DNA of 64,000 nucleotides from a virus (IMGVR_UViG_3300029746_000001); one strand, 5' to 3'; shown: positions 1 to 11,394, counted from the stretch's first letter. Notes: generated from the sequence alone by a model not told the origin. Made by a program: numbers and translations.

Positions 1-2136
1 CATCTGACCTGCTATCATATCAGACACTCTACTGTTTTTCTCAGCATATCTTAGCTGGGTAATAGTTAATGGTTCACCTTCCTGATAATCTTTTAAATCT
101 ATATCACCATCCTTATCTATGGTCATATAATCAGATATATTAAAATCAGGATCGCCGTTGAGTTTCTTCATTCCATTAATAAGAGCTAATGTACCAGTAG
201 AGGAACCATTATTCTCGCCTGTAATAGCATCAAATATGTTTTTCCCCAACTTGCCGGCACTCACATTAGCCCCTGGTGACGGAGATGTAGCACTATGAAT
301 ATCTATTCCTCTTGAAGAGTCCATCATGTATTCTCTGAACCCTACGGCATCAGATACACCAGTTGTTATGGCTGTGGCGAGCAGGAAGGCTCCAGCCTTA
401 TCATCTGTATCGGTAAGATTTATAAAAGAATTTCCTCTCATAAACTTAGCATTACGAACTTTACTGATAATATCCTTATTTTTTTTAGTAACTATATTAT
501 CTATTTGATAATCAGTTATGTTATTTATAGCCTTTGTGGCTCCATTTGCCTTAGAATCAGAAAGAAGTAAAGCATCATAAGCTTCAGACAATCTGTTATT
601 TCCTTGTCCAAAATATCCGTTTTTCTGACCTCCATTATTTTTTAAATAAGAATATATCCGTTCTTCAGGAGTCATATTAGCATACAATCCTGGGTCAGTT
701 TTTTCTTCTTCGTATGATGCTGCAACGATATTACTTCTGTCTGTAGGAGATAATGAATTATATAATTTCAATAAATTTGCTCTACGCTCTGTGGAAAAAG
801 ATGTGAGTTGTTCATAAGGGATATTAGCCAAATTAACAGATCCTATCTTACCCGTTCCAGAATTGATAGCCGTAGGCCCGTCCATAGGAGCCATCGGCAC
901 TCCTACACCGCCTGCTCCTCTTGTGCCTCCGGATGAGCTTTCAGTGCCCATCTTGGAACCGTAAGTACGCATGTATTCGGTTTCAATCTTAGCCTGTGCA
1001 AGTTGCTCTTCTGCCAACGATATTTCAACCATAGACTTAGCATTATCAGTCAAAAACTTTTGCTGAGCCCTATCCTCTGCCAACCTTGCAAAATAAAGAT
1101 CATCTTTCTTCCTTTCAAAACTTGTATTGTCGTATCTCCATGCATCAGTCATCTTATCGAAAAGATTATTGGTAACAACAAAATTAGCAGCCGCTACCTG
1201 ATCTGATGAAGCTATTATCATATCTGCCTCCCTCTTGGCTTCTGCTTTCTGATTTTTAGCTTCCTGTATCTGACTGTCAATACGATCAATAATATCCTTA
1301 TTATCCCCTACTGATTTCTTTTTTGCTTCCAATGCTCCTATGTGCCTATCGTATCTTTCGACATAAGACCCAATGTATTGACTAACCAAATCTGGATTAC
1401 TGAACACCGGATTGGTAGCTGCCATGTATGATGCTTCTATTCTCATCTGATTCCTCATGTTTTCAGATAAGTTAGCAGACACAAAATTCCTTATCTGGGA
1501 ATCAGTAAGCTCATCTACGTTGACTTCTATGATTCCACCAGTAGGATTACCTTTAACATCATATTCTGTTGTCTGAATCTTCTTGCCTTCGTTGTTTTTC
1601 CTAAAATCACTGACCAGCTTATTTATCTCCTTAGTATAATCGACATAAGGAGAATAATGAAGACCTCCCAACCTTGATCCTGCTTTACCATCTGACCTCC
1701 ATTTGTAATAAGGGTCCAAAGCATGCCATTCATTAATAGGAGAATAAAGTTCAGGATGATTCTGTTTTATAGATTCTATTTCCTTCATAACCCTCTTGCC
1801 TTCTTTTGTGCCGGCAATCGCGTTAATGACCGTATCATCCAACACTGAACTGATCTCTCCTTGTATGGCTCTCGTAACACCATCAGAAGAAAGATCCACG
1901 CCTTTGAATTTTTGATTGATGTTAGCAATCACACCTGACATCTTATCTTCCATATAAGCGCGGGCTTCAGGCTTATCTATCTCTTGACCCATAAGATAAT
2001 CTACCTGGGTATAGATCTTTTCACGAGCAGCATCAACCTTCTGCTGTTTGTACATCATGACGTCCTTAACAAGATCTATGTTGTAAGGACTAACATACGG
2101 GGCATATTGCCTTAAAATACTATACTGTGAAGCCAC
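1..2136 (-). CDS. Putative internal virion/ejection protein, running off the window start
   Basis: Manual translation from a GTG at 2136 that overlaps the upstream TAG: MASQYSILRQYAPYVSPYNIDLVKDVMMYKQQKVD... It is absent from the ORF track, consistent with no stop before the window edge. It lies downstream of the other cargo-like gene. Confidence 0.6.
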   Translation of the reverse strand, partial: MASQYSILRQYAPYVSPYNIDLVKDVMMYKQQKVDAAREKIYTQVDYLMGQEIDKPEARAYMEDKMSGVIANINQKFKGVDLSSDGVTRAIQGEISSVLDDTVINAIAGTKEGKRVMKEIESIKQNHPELYSPINEWHALDPYYKWRSDGKAGSRLGGLHYSPYVDYTKEINKLVSDFRKNNEGKKIQTTEYDVKGNPTGGIIEVNVDELTDSQIRNFVSANLSENMRNQMRIEASYMAATNPVFSNPDLVSQYIGSYVERYDRHIGALEAKKKSVGDNKDIIDRIDSQIQEAKNQKAEAKREADMIIASSDQVAAANFVVTNNLFDKMTDAWRYDNTSFERKKDDLYFARLAEDRAQQKFLTDNAKSMVEISLAEEQLAQAKIETEYMRTYGSKMGTESSSGGTRGAGGVGVPMAPMDGPTAINSGTGKIGSVNLANIPYEQLTSFSTERRANLLKLYNSLSPTDRSNIVAASYEEEKTDPGLYANMTPEERIYSYLKNNGGQKNGYFGQGNNRLSEAYDALLLSDSKANGATKAINNITDYQIDNIVTKKNKDIISKVRNAKFMRGNSFINLTDTDDKAGAFLLATAITTGVSDAVGFREYMMDSSRGIDIHSATSPSPGANVSAGKLGKNIFDAITGENNGSSTGTLALINGMKKLNGDPDFNISDYMTIDKDGDIDLKDYQEGEPLTITQLRYAEKNSRVSDMIAGQM

Positions 2137-4964
2137 TATTTGGTCCTCCTTCTTCTTTTAGTTTCATCATCTTCTTCATTTAAACTTCTCAAGTAAGGTG
2201 TAGAATAATCACCCATATTCATCACATCCTGATTACCTTGAACGTAAATAATTTGGCCACTTGGAAGCATTCTCATATTCGGAGCTATGGAAGCTATGGT
2301 ATTCAACGATGTACGAACATTGAACTTATTCTGTATTTCGCTGTTTATGCTATCATAATAACGAGCAAGATTTTCATCCCTTATAGCCATAGCCTTCAAT
2401 AACCCGGATTCATAACGTTGCCTTTCCGCTATGTTCTTATCGTCTGTCTGAACATAAGCCATTTCATTGAATCTATCAGCTTCGTTTATTTGCCTTGCGT
2501 TATTGAAATTTACTTCGTTAATGTACTTGGCTATATTGCTTCCGGCTATGGCGTTCATATTAGCCAGAATAGCGGAGCGCTGGGAGTCGGGCACGTCACC
2601 TACTGCGTCCAACTGAGCCGATGTCGCGCGGTTGAGCTCGTTGATATACTGATCAGCAGATTGAAGAACTGGGTCTATTCTCGGAGCCTGATGTCTTTCC
2701 AGACCTTCTATCTCCAAGCCTGTATCGAGCGTTCTCAGCATCTCCGGGAAGATAGGACCGAACGCCGCCGGTCTGCCCTGCCCTTTAGGTCCGTTGTCTT
2801 CAACCACCTCCTCTGTATCGGTGTCGGTTGCAGTCGTAGGCGTACTTGCTTTCGGTTTTACCTCTACCCTTCCAGGAGATCCAATCTTAGGCGGTGTAAG
2901 GCCTGGGGCCTCAATAGGCTTCATTTCTGGTTTAACAGACTCAAGAACGAAGTCTATTTCCGGCATTAACCCACTATCTCTTAAAGCAACAAACTTATTA
3001 TAATCGGAGCCCAGAATCTTCTTAGCGGCATCAGATTTATCACCAAATAAGTCAACATAATTCTTTATCCCTTTTTCGTTTAACAATCTTTTTTGCTCTG
3101 CCGAAACAACGTCCAACCCATAATAAGAACGAGTAGCTGTTGTCTGACCAAACTTATCATCTACGGCAAATGAATTATAAGCCTGATTCCCTCCGTAGCT
3201 TCCGGCGTCCTGGCCCCAGAATCCGTATTCATCTCTGAATTTCTTGGCTGCATCAGCATTCGTAATAGCGCCTACATCAGCTAACGCCCACAATGCATTT
3301 AATTGCCTGTTGTATCCTTTCTGGAAACCTTCTGTATCAAAATCACCATCCGTATTGTACTTGTTAGCCCATCGGTTTACGTCGAGCAAATTAGATACCG
3401 CCTTATCGTTTACCCTGCCGTATCCTAAATTGCTTCTATGTTGGAGATTCTGATTGGCATTGACACTGGAATCAGGATTAAGAATCTGCTCACGACCACT
3501 AACATCAGATACAGTCATATTAAGAGTTCGTCCAAATAACTGATTGATAAGCTTATTGTAGCCGATAGCATTCTTTCTAAGTTCCTCCAGCTCCTTCTGA
3601 GTAGGTCCACCTTCAGCCATTTTTCTGGTTTGCTTAACATACTCGTCATATATCCAGTTCTTAGCATCTGATTCTGCAATATTAAAAGCCTTAGCTTGTT
3701 TCTTTACCTGATTCAGATCAACAACCCCGCCATCCCTGAAAAAAGCATCCATCTTCTCGTTACGCTTAGATTCTTCCTGTTTGCCATAAACGATTTCAGC
3801 GAAAGAACGAAATTGTGCTTCAAGCTCGTCTATCTCTTTCTGGTTTTCATTGACGTACTTGGAAAGAATAGAAGCATTAAGATTAGATGTGTTTTTGTCT
3901 TTTACTTCTTCATTTTTCTCTAATCTCTTATATACACGCTCCTGATCTTCGTACTTATCAGACAAACCTATCTTTTTCTTATATCGATCAAGGAGTGTAG
4001 CATACGTATCTTTTGACGTTGCCTTAATACCATAATTTTCTCTAACGTAAGAGGCAAACTCATCATCTATCTTACGATAATCGGAAACAATATAAGCCTC
4101 TGGCAAATCAACCGGAGTACCACCATTTTCATGCCTGTCCCCTTTGGCTTCCATAGGCCCTACGGAGTCAGGAGTCAGCACGTACTCGCCTTTCTCTATC
4201 TCTACATTCGCAGCATCTTCCATAGACTTGGGAAGAGGATAAATATATTCTCCGGTCATATCAGACGTATCCATCTTCTGACCGTTACCTAAATTCACGC
4301 CACCACCTTCACGTTCCCACTTGATGAATTGCTGACGACGCTCCTTGGCAAGTTTTTCCCTCGCTGCCTGCTCGTCTCTGCTGGCTGCATACGCAGCAGA
4401 TGAAGCTCCCATGATATTACGGGTAAGACCTAATCCTAAACTAACACCAGACAAGGCAGCTTGAGCCACATTAGCACCGACCTTATTACCGGCTCTTATC
4501 CGACCAAGACTTGTACCGAACATTTGAGCTCTGCCGGTTAGATCGGGTGAATAATATGGGGTAGTCATAGGATCCAGAGGATTACCATCTTGGGAACGTT
4601 TTTCTTTAGAGGAATCAGAATCAACACCACCTAAATTCATTGCATTATCAACGACTGATTTCTCTACGTTTTTAACCATGCCCCTATTATCAGCGAGATA
4701 TCCTGCATATCCTGCATCATGATTTTCAAAAAACGGATCGGATGTAGGCATACTACTAAATGGATTTATCTCCCCCTCCTCTGTTTCTAAAGTCACATCA
4801 GAAGGCATATATATATTCTGAATATCAGATTCACCCCATTTATTAACAGGCGTTCCATAATCAAGAATAGGCTGAGTAGAGGATACATTAATATCCTGTT
4901 TCTTATCCTGAACACTACCGCCAGGAGCGAATATCGGACGATTTTTTATGATTCGTAATTTCAT
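2136..4964 (-). CDS. Large putative internal virion (cargo/ejection) protein
   Basis: About 940-aa ORF with an EIEKGEYV...GDRHENGG motif, Ala/Gly-rich and coiled-coil segments and repeated xxGG motifs. The ATG at 4964 is preferred because a promoter overlaps the track's 4979 start. Confidence 0.6.
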   Translation of the reverse strand: MKLRIIKNRPIFAPGGSVQDKKQDINVSSTQPILDYGTPVNKWGESDIQNIYMPSDVTLETEEGEINPFSSMPTSDPFFENHDAGYAGYLADNRGMVKNVEKSVVDNAMNLGGVDSDSSKEKRSQDGNPLDPMTTPYYSPDLTGRAQMFGTSLGRIRAGNKVGANVAQAALSGVSLGLGLTRNIMGASSAAYAASRDEQAAREKLAKERRQQFIKWEREGGGVNLGNGQKMDTSDMTGEYIYPLPKSMEDAANVEIEKGEYVLTPDSVGPMEAKGDRHENGGTPVDLPEAYIVSDYRKIDDEFASYVRENYGIKATSKDTYATLLDRYKKKIGLSDKYEDQERVYKRLEKNEEVKDKNTSNLNASILSKYVNENQKEIDELEAQFRSFAEIVYGKQEESKRNEKMDAFFRDGGVVDLNQVKKQAKAFNIAESDAKNWIYDEYVKQTRKMAEGGPTQKELEELRKNAIGYNKLINQLFGRTLNMTVSDVSGREQILNPDSSVNANQNLQHRSNLGYGRVNDKAVSNLLDVNRWANKYNTDGDFDTEGFQKGYNRQLNALWALADVGAITNADAAKKFRDEYGFWGQDAGSYGGNQAYNSFAVDDKFGQTTATRSYYGLDVVSAEQKRLLNEKGIKNYVDLFGDKSDAAKKILGSDYNKFVALRDSGLMPEIDFVLESVKPEMKPIEAPGLTPPKIGSPGRVEVKPKASTPTTATDTDTEEVVEDNGPKGQGRPAAFGPIFPEMLRTLDTGLEIEGLERHQAPRIDPVLQSADQYINELNRATSAQLDAVGDVPDSQRSAILANMNAIAGSNIAKYINEVNFNNARQINEADRFNEMAYVQTDDKNIAERQRYESGLLKAMAIRDENLARYYDSINSEIQNKFNVRTSLNTIASIAPNMRMLPSGQIIYVQGNQDVMNMGDYSTPYLRSLNEEDDETKRRRRTK

Positions 4965-5032
4965 ACTATCTTTTTTCACAAAGATAAGAGAAACGAACGA
5001 GAAAATCCAACGTTATGGGATACGTTTAAAAA

Positions 5033-6052
5033 TCAGGGACGTATGACAGACAAACCGCCCGAATCAGGGTCGTACTTAAGACCGCATGCCCGGCGATAGT
5101 TCTTAAGCGCTCTCTTGTACAAAAACAGCACCGTCTTGGAAACTATTTTCTTCATAGATTTGGTTAAAACCTCTTCTGTTGAAACAGACATCAGACAGCT
5201 ATTCAAGAACGACCTGACATTGAAACCGAACAAAGTCTTCACCATTTTTCTAAACGTTCTAAAAAGATATGATGCAGAAAGAGCCTTTAATCCATTGCGA
5301 ACCAGTCTCTTATTCAAATACGAAACAGCCTTGTCAGATAAACATATCCTATTCTTTCCTTCGCTGTCTACCTCTGATGAAAACCAAGAATACAAGGTGG
5401 TAGGATGTTTCTTGAGATGGTTGATGAAAGAGGTTATTATACCTTCTTTTAAAGCCCTTTTGTGGGCTACGCATGCAGCAATCTTCTCTTCTCTTTTCAA
5501 AGAGCTGTCAAGGCACCTAAACACCGTCCTATCGTCTCCGATGAAATACTGAGGACGTTCTTCCTTAAACTTAGCCCGGTATGCAGCATATCCTTCCTTA
5601 CGAAGCATGTCTATCTGAGACCGGATATAGAACCTTACACACTTTTCTTCAGCCTCTTGCACGCTTTTAAGATAAGGAACTGACTTTCTCCCATATCGGA
5701 GATAATCATAAACCATAGCCTCAATAAAGTCATTGTACGGAAAGAATCTTCCAAAACCAAAGTTCCAAACTATGAAACATCGCACTCTATCTTTCCAGTA
5801 ATCAGATATGAGAAAGTTGCTACAATATCTCAACTTCCTGTCTTTCTGATAGAAATGATGAGTATGTTTGTCATAAAATAGATTAAAATATCTCAAATTG
5901 CCTAAACACTGACCGGCTGGACGGCGTACTACATTGTACCCTAAGTTGCTGAAGCTATTGTATATAACTTCTATCGGAGAGACCTGCTCTTTCTTGAAGA
6001 GCTTGTCGTGTAACTTGTGAGGATTCATTATTTCAGTTATTTTTGTCTCCAT
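5033..6052 (-). CDS. Basic hypothetical protein, possibly DNA-binding or replication-initiator-like
   Basis: 339-aa Lys/Arg/aromatic-rich ORF with its own promoter (6073-6080), adjacent to a hairpin-rich 750-bp intergenic region. Function is inferred only. Confidence 0.4.
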   Translation of the reverse strand: METKITEIMNPHKLHDKLFKKEQVSPIEVIYNSFSNLGYNVVRRPAGQCLGNLRYFNLFYDKHTHHFYQKDRKLRYCSNFLISDYWKDRVRCFIVWNFGFGRFFPYNDFIEAMVYDYLRYGRKSVPYLKSVQEAEEKCVRFYIRSQIDMLRKEGYAAYRAKFKEERPQYFIGDDRTVFRCLDSSLKREEKIAACVAHKRALKEGIITSFINHLKKHPTTLYSWFSSEVDSEGKNRICLSDKAVSYLNKRLVRNGLKALSASYLFRTFRKMVKTLFGFNVRSFLNSCLMSVSTEEVLTKSMKKIVSKTVLFLYKRALKNYRRACGLKYDPDSGGLSVIRP

Positions 6053-6369
6053 ATTGTTTTTGTTGTTTAGTGCAAATATATGATTTTACATAAAAAGAAA
6101 AAAATGCACTGCCTTGTATCCGGTTTGAGAGAAATAGGATACAAGGTTTTTTATTTTATGACGGTTTGGATAAGAGACGGGAAAATGACCCTGAACGTAA
6201 CCGTCTGACCGTCAGGGGTGGGACAACAAATCTTGAATTAAAACTACGCCTATGAATAGTCTCCGTTTTCCTTAATATTAAGACCATTTTCAATGATCTT
6301 ACTCATTATATTATTTATATTATTTTATATACTTTACCATTTATTCATATAATTGTTTACAGTGAATAA

Positions 6370-6543
6370 ACTTAACGACCGAAGGGAGTTAAGTGAGTGA
6401 ACGGATTGACAAATTTCTTTTTCCGTCATTGTATTGTTCGCCTAATTGTGTTAAAAGATTGAGTATCGTGACCGAAGGGAACGATGCGAAAGAACTTATA
6501 ATATTTAAAAACGACTGAACCTATCGACTGAAGGGAGATAGGT
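6370..6543 (+). repeat. Three hairpins with different stems and a conserved GACYGAAGGGA loop
   Basis: acttaac-GACCGAAGGGA-gttaagt (6370-6394), gtatcgt-GACCGAAGGGA-acgatgc (6463-6487), acctatc-GACTGAAGGGA-gataggt (6519-6543). Confidence 0.85.
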
Positions 6544-6803
6544 GATGGAGTGACGTTAATAGTTATATTAGGTAGCCAGTGGAGAATTAGGCAGGCTGGT
6601 AGGCGAGACGGGCGTCCATGCCCGTCAGGACAGTGGAGGTACGTAGGTCTGTTCTGTTAAACCAAGGCGATGATAGTTCCATCCTTCACGAAATCGCACA
6701 AAAAAGCCGGATTATCTTGATATCGTTCTTCAACCTTCGGTATCCGCATAACAAGTCTCAAATCCGGCTTCGCTTTATTAATATGAGAAATAAAATAATT
6801 GTT

Positions 6804-9212
6804 CTAATTATCAGTGACGCCTTTAATGCGAAGCTGAATATTGGGAAGCACGGCATTAATCAAAGCCATTTTCTTATCCTCTTCGCTTTCTTTTTCATGC
6901 TGTTTATACATCATGCTGTAATCACTGTCATCACCATCCTTTTTCCCGTCTAACGTCAGTAAATGATTTATGATGTCCTTACCATACGTTTCAGTCCATG
7001 TACGGAATCTCTCTTCCTCGGACTGTCTCTCCTGGGACGGGACTTCCGGGTTAGGAAGGGCGGCTACCACTTCTACCTCTGGAAGTGTTACCGATGCTGC
7101 TATTTCAGCATCATCTCCGAATCCCATTTGACCATACGAAGATACGGAATTTTCTTCAATTTCCAAACCAAGATTTTTAGCAACCTCCATAGCATAATTA
7201 TAACGGTCATCGTTTCTTATAACACTCTTATGAGGACGTCCTGCTCCTTGGTTCCAAGCTACTACAGCATCTTTAAGGTTATCGGCGTTCATGAAGTCCT
7301 GCCGGCTGTAGTTGTAATACCCTGGTCCTTCTTTTCCTTTTCTTGTGTATAAGAAATTAGAATATCCGGTTTTCCCTTCGTATTCATCAGCTAAGAACTC
7401 AAGTTGGTCTTTGAATGTTGGTGTAGAATGACCTTTCTTTTTGGCGTGCTTGAATAGCTTATCCATGCGCTCATTATGCCATTGCTGTATGCCGTATGAT
7501 GTTCTGTTGTCTCCGTATATGTCATCTTTAAGACCGGATTCAGCCATGAGATTACCTATGATAGCAAGCGCCTGTATCTTAGGCATGCCTCTTTTATTAG
7601 TAAAATATTCATATGCTTCACGCTGTTTACCAACCACGCCACCTTCTTTCTTGATATTGGTATTGTATCTCTTTCCATTCCACGTAAATTCCTTAAGACC
7701 TCTTTTCCTGGCTTCTTTAAAGGCTTCGCCTCTTGTAGTGGAAATAGAGTCTTGTAGCTCAAGATCATTTTTTATTCCAAGAATAGCATCAACAATAGTA
7801 TTATCATTATCCTTTTTATCAACATTATCCAAAACATAAGATTGGCTTATCAAATTTGATACGCTCTTTCTATTTTCATAAGTTCCTTCTTTATCTGATG
7901 GAGCTTCAAAAGCATACACAAGTGGATACGAATAATCCGTATCTGGATCTTCTGACATAAATTCGTTTACTGCATGAATAGCTTTTTTGTATTTAGTATC
8001 TTTTATACTATACTTCCCAGCATCTTGAACATGATCATAAAATCTGTCTATCATATAGTTGATATATCCACGCTTATCGCTCTTAAATCTCTCTTTATCT
8101 CTTTCAAACTCTTTTGGCGGATATCTTTTGTAATATTCTTGAAAAAGTCCCCTAAATTTTCCATCCTCAGATACAGCGTAGGGGTTTCCACCAGATTCTT
8201 CAATAATATTTCCAAGTACGGCTTCTATCTGGCGTTGATTAAAACCTTTATCATATAAAGCATCATAGATCATATTCATCCCTTCTACGTCCATAGTACG
8301 ATGCTTACCCTTACCCACACGCTTCATATTTTCATATTTGGATTTGAATAAATCCCAATCTATTTCCGGCTTAGAAGAATCCCCTCCTTGTTTTTTGGAT
8401 CTTATCTCCATCCTTTTATCCAAATCATTCTTTGAATCAATAATGGATCTAAACAGGATCTTGTTTGGATCATTTTCTTCGTATGGGATTTTATCTTCTA
8501 CATAATCCCTTATTTCAAAAGGATATCCTATTGTATCAAGAGTCTTAGTAACAACCCCAACACCAAAAGGTTGATCGCTTCTATAAAAATCGTACTTATC
8601 TTTCACAACCATCCTACCTCTATCATCACGGTACATGGTAAAACTTGATAAGCCTGATAAATCATTTAAATCTCCGTAAGCATCCGGTATAAAATTATAT
8701 TCGTTAAATACCTGATGTTCTCCGGTTCTGGCTTTTTTTAAGAGATCTATACCCTCTTCTACCATTCCAAGTTTCCTACTTGTTACATCCCTTAACTCCT
8801 CCAAATCAGATACGTCCTTGCCTGCAACTTTTCCATCAATTATCTTATTATCTAATGAATCAAGCTCCTTTCCATATTTTTTAGCCATTTTCTCCCATCC
8901 ACCATTTATCCTGTCAGATATAATGGATTTAATATTGTCTGGTATTCTAACAATCCCGTTTTCCTCTTTCAGGTTATTTGGTTGGTTTAAGAATCTAAAC
9001 CAAAGATTCTGACTAAAATCATCTACATTGGCTTTCGGAACATCTTGACCAAAAAATTCCATTATTTTGGTTTTTAATCCTCTTTCATTAGCATACACGT
9101 CAGGTGTTATATTAGATGCCAGATATTCTCTAAGTTTTACAAACGGACCAATTTTATTCCATAATGTTTTTGGTTGTTTGTCTCTTACATAATTTTTAGT
9201 CTTCTTTGCCAT
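6804..9212 (-). CDS. Virion protein with two phage tail-lysozyme-like domains
   Basis: Two copies of the tail-lysozyme motif: QIEAVLGNIIEESGGNP and QALAIIGNLMAESGL...SYGIQQW. Likely start is MAKKTK at 9212. Confidence 0.75.
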   Translation of the reverse strand: MAKKTKNYVRDKQPKTLWNKIGPFVKLREYLASNITPDVYANERGLKTKIMEFFGQDVPKANVDDFSQNLWFRFLNQPNNLKEENGIVRIPDNIKSIISDRINGGWEKMAKKYGKELDSLDNKIIDGKVAGKDVSDLEELRDVTSRKLGMVEEGIDLLKKARTGEHQVFNEYNFIPDAYGDLNDLSGLSSFTMYRDDRGRMVVKDKYDFYRSDQPFGVGVVTKTLDTIGYPFEIRDYVEDKIPYEENDPNKILFRSIIDSKNDLDKRMEIRSKKQGGDSSKPEIDWDLFKSKYENMKRVGKGKHRTMDVEGMNMIYDALYDKGFNQRQIEAVLGNIIEESGGNPYAVSEDGKFRGLFQEYYKRYPPKEFERDKERFKSDKRGYINYMIDRFYDHVQDAGKYSIKDTKYKKAIHAVNEFMSEDPDTDYSYPLVYAFEAPSDKEGTYENRKSVSNLISQSYVLDNVDKKDNDNTIVDAILGIKNDLELQDSISTTRGEAFKEARKRGLKEFTWNGKRYNTNIKKEGGVVGKQREAYEYFTNKRGMPKIQALAIIGNLMAESGLKDDIYGDNRTSYGIQQWHNERMDKLFKHAKKKGHSTPTFKDQLEFLADEYEGKTGYSNFLYTRKGKEGPGYYNYSRQDFMNADNLKDAVVAWNQGAGRPHKSVIRNDDRYNYAMEVAKNLGLEIEENSVSSYGQMGFGDDAEIAASVTLPEVEVVAALPNPEVPSQERQSEEERFRTWTETYGKDIINHLLTLDGKKDGDDSDYSMMYKQHEKESEEDKKMALINAVLPNIQLRIKGVTDN

Positions 9213-9609
9213 TTTTTTCTTCCTCCTTCTTAAATTTGTGGTAAGCACCACAAACCTTATCAACTAACCATCCCATCAGACAGGCGGCATGCTCATCTCC
9301 TCCGACTTCAAAACCGTAATCCATATTAAGATACTTACAATAAATAGAAAGACCGTGCAGACATTCGTGTCCTATTGTTCTAACATCCATATCAGACAGC
9401 GAATGAAATAAGAAACATATTTCTTTCCTGTGATTGGTTCGGTTTCCTACGAAAATAGTTCTGCCACCATAATCATCAGTCCACCCCTCCCAGCTCTGAT
9501 CTTCTACTTCCAGGTTGGCGAACGTCTTAACTATATATTCTTCATCTGCTCCAAGCAATACCCTTACATTGTAGGGGTATATATCATTTTTATATAATAC
9601 TTGTTTCAT
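9196..9609 (-). CDS. Small HExxH zinc-metallopeptidase-like protein
   Basis: IGHECLHGL motif with a downstream DEHAA. A promoter at 9627-9634 favours the MKQVLY start. Confidence 0.55.
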   Translation of the reverse strand: MKQVLYKNDIYPYNVRVLLGADEEYIVKTFANLEVEDQSWEGWTDDYGGRTIFVGNRTNHRKEICFLFHSLSDMDVRTIGHECLHGLSIYCKYLNMDYGFEVGGDEHAACLMGWLVDKVCGAYHKFKKEEEKNGKED

Positions 9610-9733
9610 AACAAACTGTTTTTCAACAAAGGTAAATAAAAAAGCCGAAGATATACTCACGTACTTCTTCGGCTATACCTTTAAAGCTAAAACTTGTTTA
9701 CTATGGAAATTACAATTGAAGCAAAATCAATGA

Positions 9734-11368
9734 TTATATTTTTATTTTCTTAATTTCTTCAATCATATTCTTATATCCGCAGAACTTGCTGTTAATAACA
9801 TCGAAGATAGATTCTGACCAGCCAGCTATGTTCAAGATATTAGATCCTCTGTAAAACATCTCACTTCCATATCCTTGAATAGAAATAGAAACGATTTTGC
9901 AATTTGGATTCACTTTTTTAAACCCTTTCAAAAGTTCGGCGAATTTACCATATTTATAATTGGAACTTTTCTCCCATACAACAGATTCACCGTCTCCTAT
10001 CTGCATATCTGAAATAACGTACAAGTTATCTACTTTGATCTTATCTTTAACGCACTTATCCAAGAATGCAAAAAGACCGTTTTCAGTGGCACCACCGCAT
10101 TCTCCTCCGGCAGTAAAAGATTTTTTGTTATTCCATAAAACACCTTTACTTCTATCATATTCGTAATTGATAAGTTTGTCACCAAACATACCAATAAATA
10201 CGTCAGGAAGCACAGAAGCAATCATACAGCCAAACAAGTTACCAATGACAGCCGTATTTGTTTTGCTAAAGGCAGACACTTCAGAAGACCCTCCCATATC
10301 TCCACGTACAGAGCCAGAGTGGTCAATCAGGATAGCCGACCGCCCCTCCAATACCGGCAAGTTCTTGCAGGAGATGGTTATGGCTTTCTCCAACGCATCT
10401 AAAATCTTATATTTATTACGCGCTGTTAATTTAGCTCGTTTTTTATCCGACTCAAATACAATATCATTATCGGAACCATCAGTGCCCATATTTTCAACCT
10501 CTTTGAAAGCTGAAGCAAAACGGAAAGGAAGCATCTTCGAATTAAGTACCTTCTCTTCTATTGTAAGCTGCCTACAAACTTCATCTATTTGATCAGGCGC
10601 GTATTTGATTATGTTTACAAGGTTACGAACCATATTAAAAATAGGCATGCCTTTTACATTAGAAACCACGTCCCGAATAGCGTCACCTAAAGCTTCTTTC
10701 TTTTCCTTATTGTCTTTCTTATCCTGTCCGGCTTTAGACATCTCTTTTTCAAGAATCTTGCTTTCGTATAATCCAGACAAAGACCGACCTTCTATAAGGT
10801 ACTGGAAAGCCATTTTATTAGCCTGATTGCCTTTAGGGTGAAATAAGTTTACTAAGTCAACCATAGTAATGACCCTACTGTCCATCTTATACTTATCAAT
10901 CCGGTACGGATCAAGACCTTCCAAAGCCGTCTTAAATCCTTTCTTAATAGCGCTGGATATTCCTCTTAACTTCTTTGGATTTTTGTCGTTAAGAGCCGCA
11001 TAACAGCCAAGGATTTCGCTCATATCATCAGGACGCATAATGATCTTGTTATAGAACCTTGAAGCCCATTCCTTACCCGATGCTTTGCTGGCAAGGACAG
11101 AAGCCATAAGATGCGTTACCGACCTAAGCTTTCCTTCTTTCCTGACATACAATGCTGTTTGTGCTCCGAAATACGGATCTACCTGATCCATAAGGTTCTT
11201 AATTCTTTCTACTTTATCTTTTTCTTTCTCATAATAAGAATCGGATAACATAGTAGTCATTACCGTAGCTACCAACTCTTCTTCTGCGTTAGGCTTATAC
11301 GCCTTCTCGCCCATGTGATTCACGATCGTAGGTTTAACACCTTCATCCTTTTTGTTAAACTTTCCCAT
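9734..11368 (-). CDS. Ro60/Rsr-like TROVE-domain RNA-binding protein with C-terminal vWA domain
   Basis: TROVE-like motifs (NHMGEKAY, SYYE, ALYVRKEGKLRS, KYK...DLVNLFHPK, MLPFRFASA) followed by a vWA MIDAS (LIDHSGS), ISDMQ and IAGWSESIF. Confidence 0.92.
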   Translation of the reverse strand: MGKFNKKDEGVKPTIVNHMGEKAYKPNAEEELVATVMTTMLSDSYYEKEKDKVERIKNLMDQVDPYFGAQTALYVRKEGKLRSVTHLMASVLASKASGKEWASRFYNKIIMRPDDMSEILGCYAALNDKNPKKLRGISSAIKKGFKTALEGLDPYRIDKYKMDSRVITMVDLVNLFHPKGNQANKMAFQYLIEGRSLSGLYESKILEKEMSKAGQDKKDNKEKKEALGDAIRDVVSNVKGMPIFNMVRNLVNIIKYAPDQIDEVCRQLTIEEKVLNSKMLPFRFASAFKEVENMGTDGSDNDIVFESDKKRAKLTARNKYKILDALEKAITISCKNLPVLEGRSAILIDHSGSVRGDMGGSSEVSAFSKTNTAVIGNLFGCMIASVLPDVFIGMFGDKLINYEYDRSKGVLWNNKKSFTAGGECGGATENGLFAFLDKCVKDKIKVDNLYVISDMQIGDGESVVWEKSSNYKYGKFAELLKGFKKVNPNCKIVSISIQGYGSEMFYRGSNILNIAGWSESIFDVINSKFCGYKNMIEEIKKIKI

Positions 11369-11394
11369 TTGTTGTTTTCTTTAAAATATTATAC

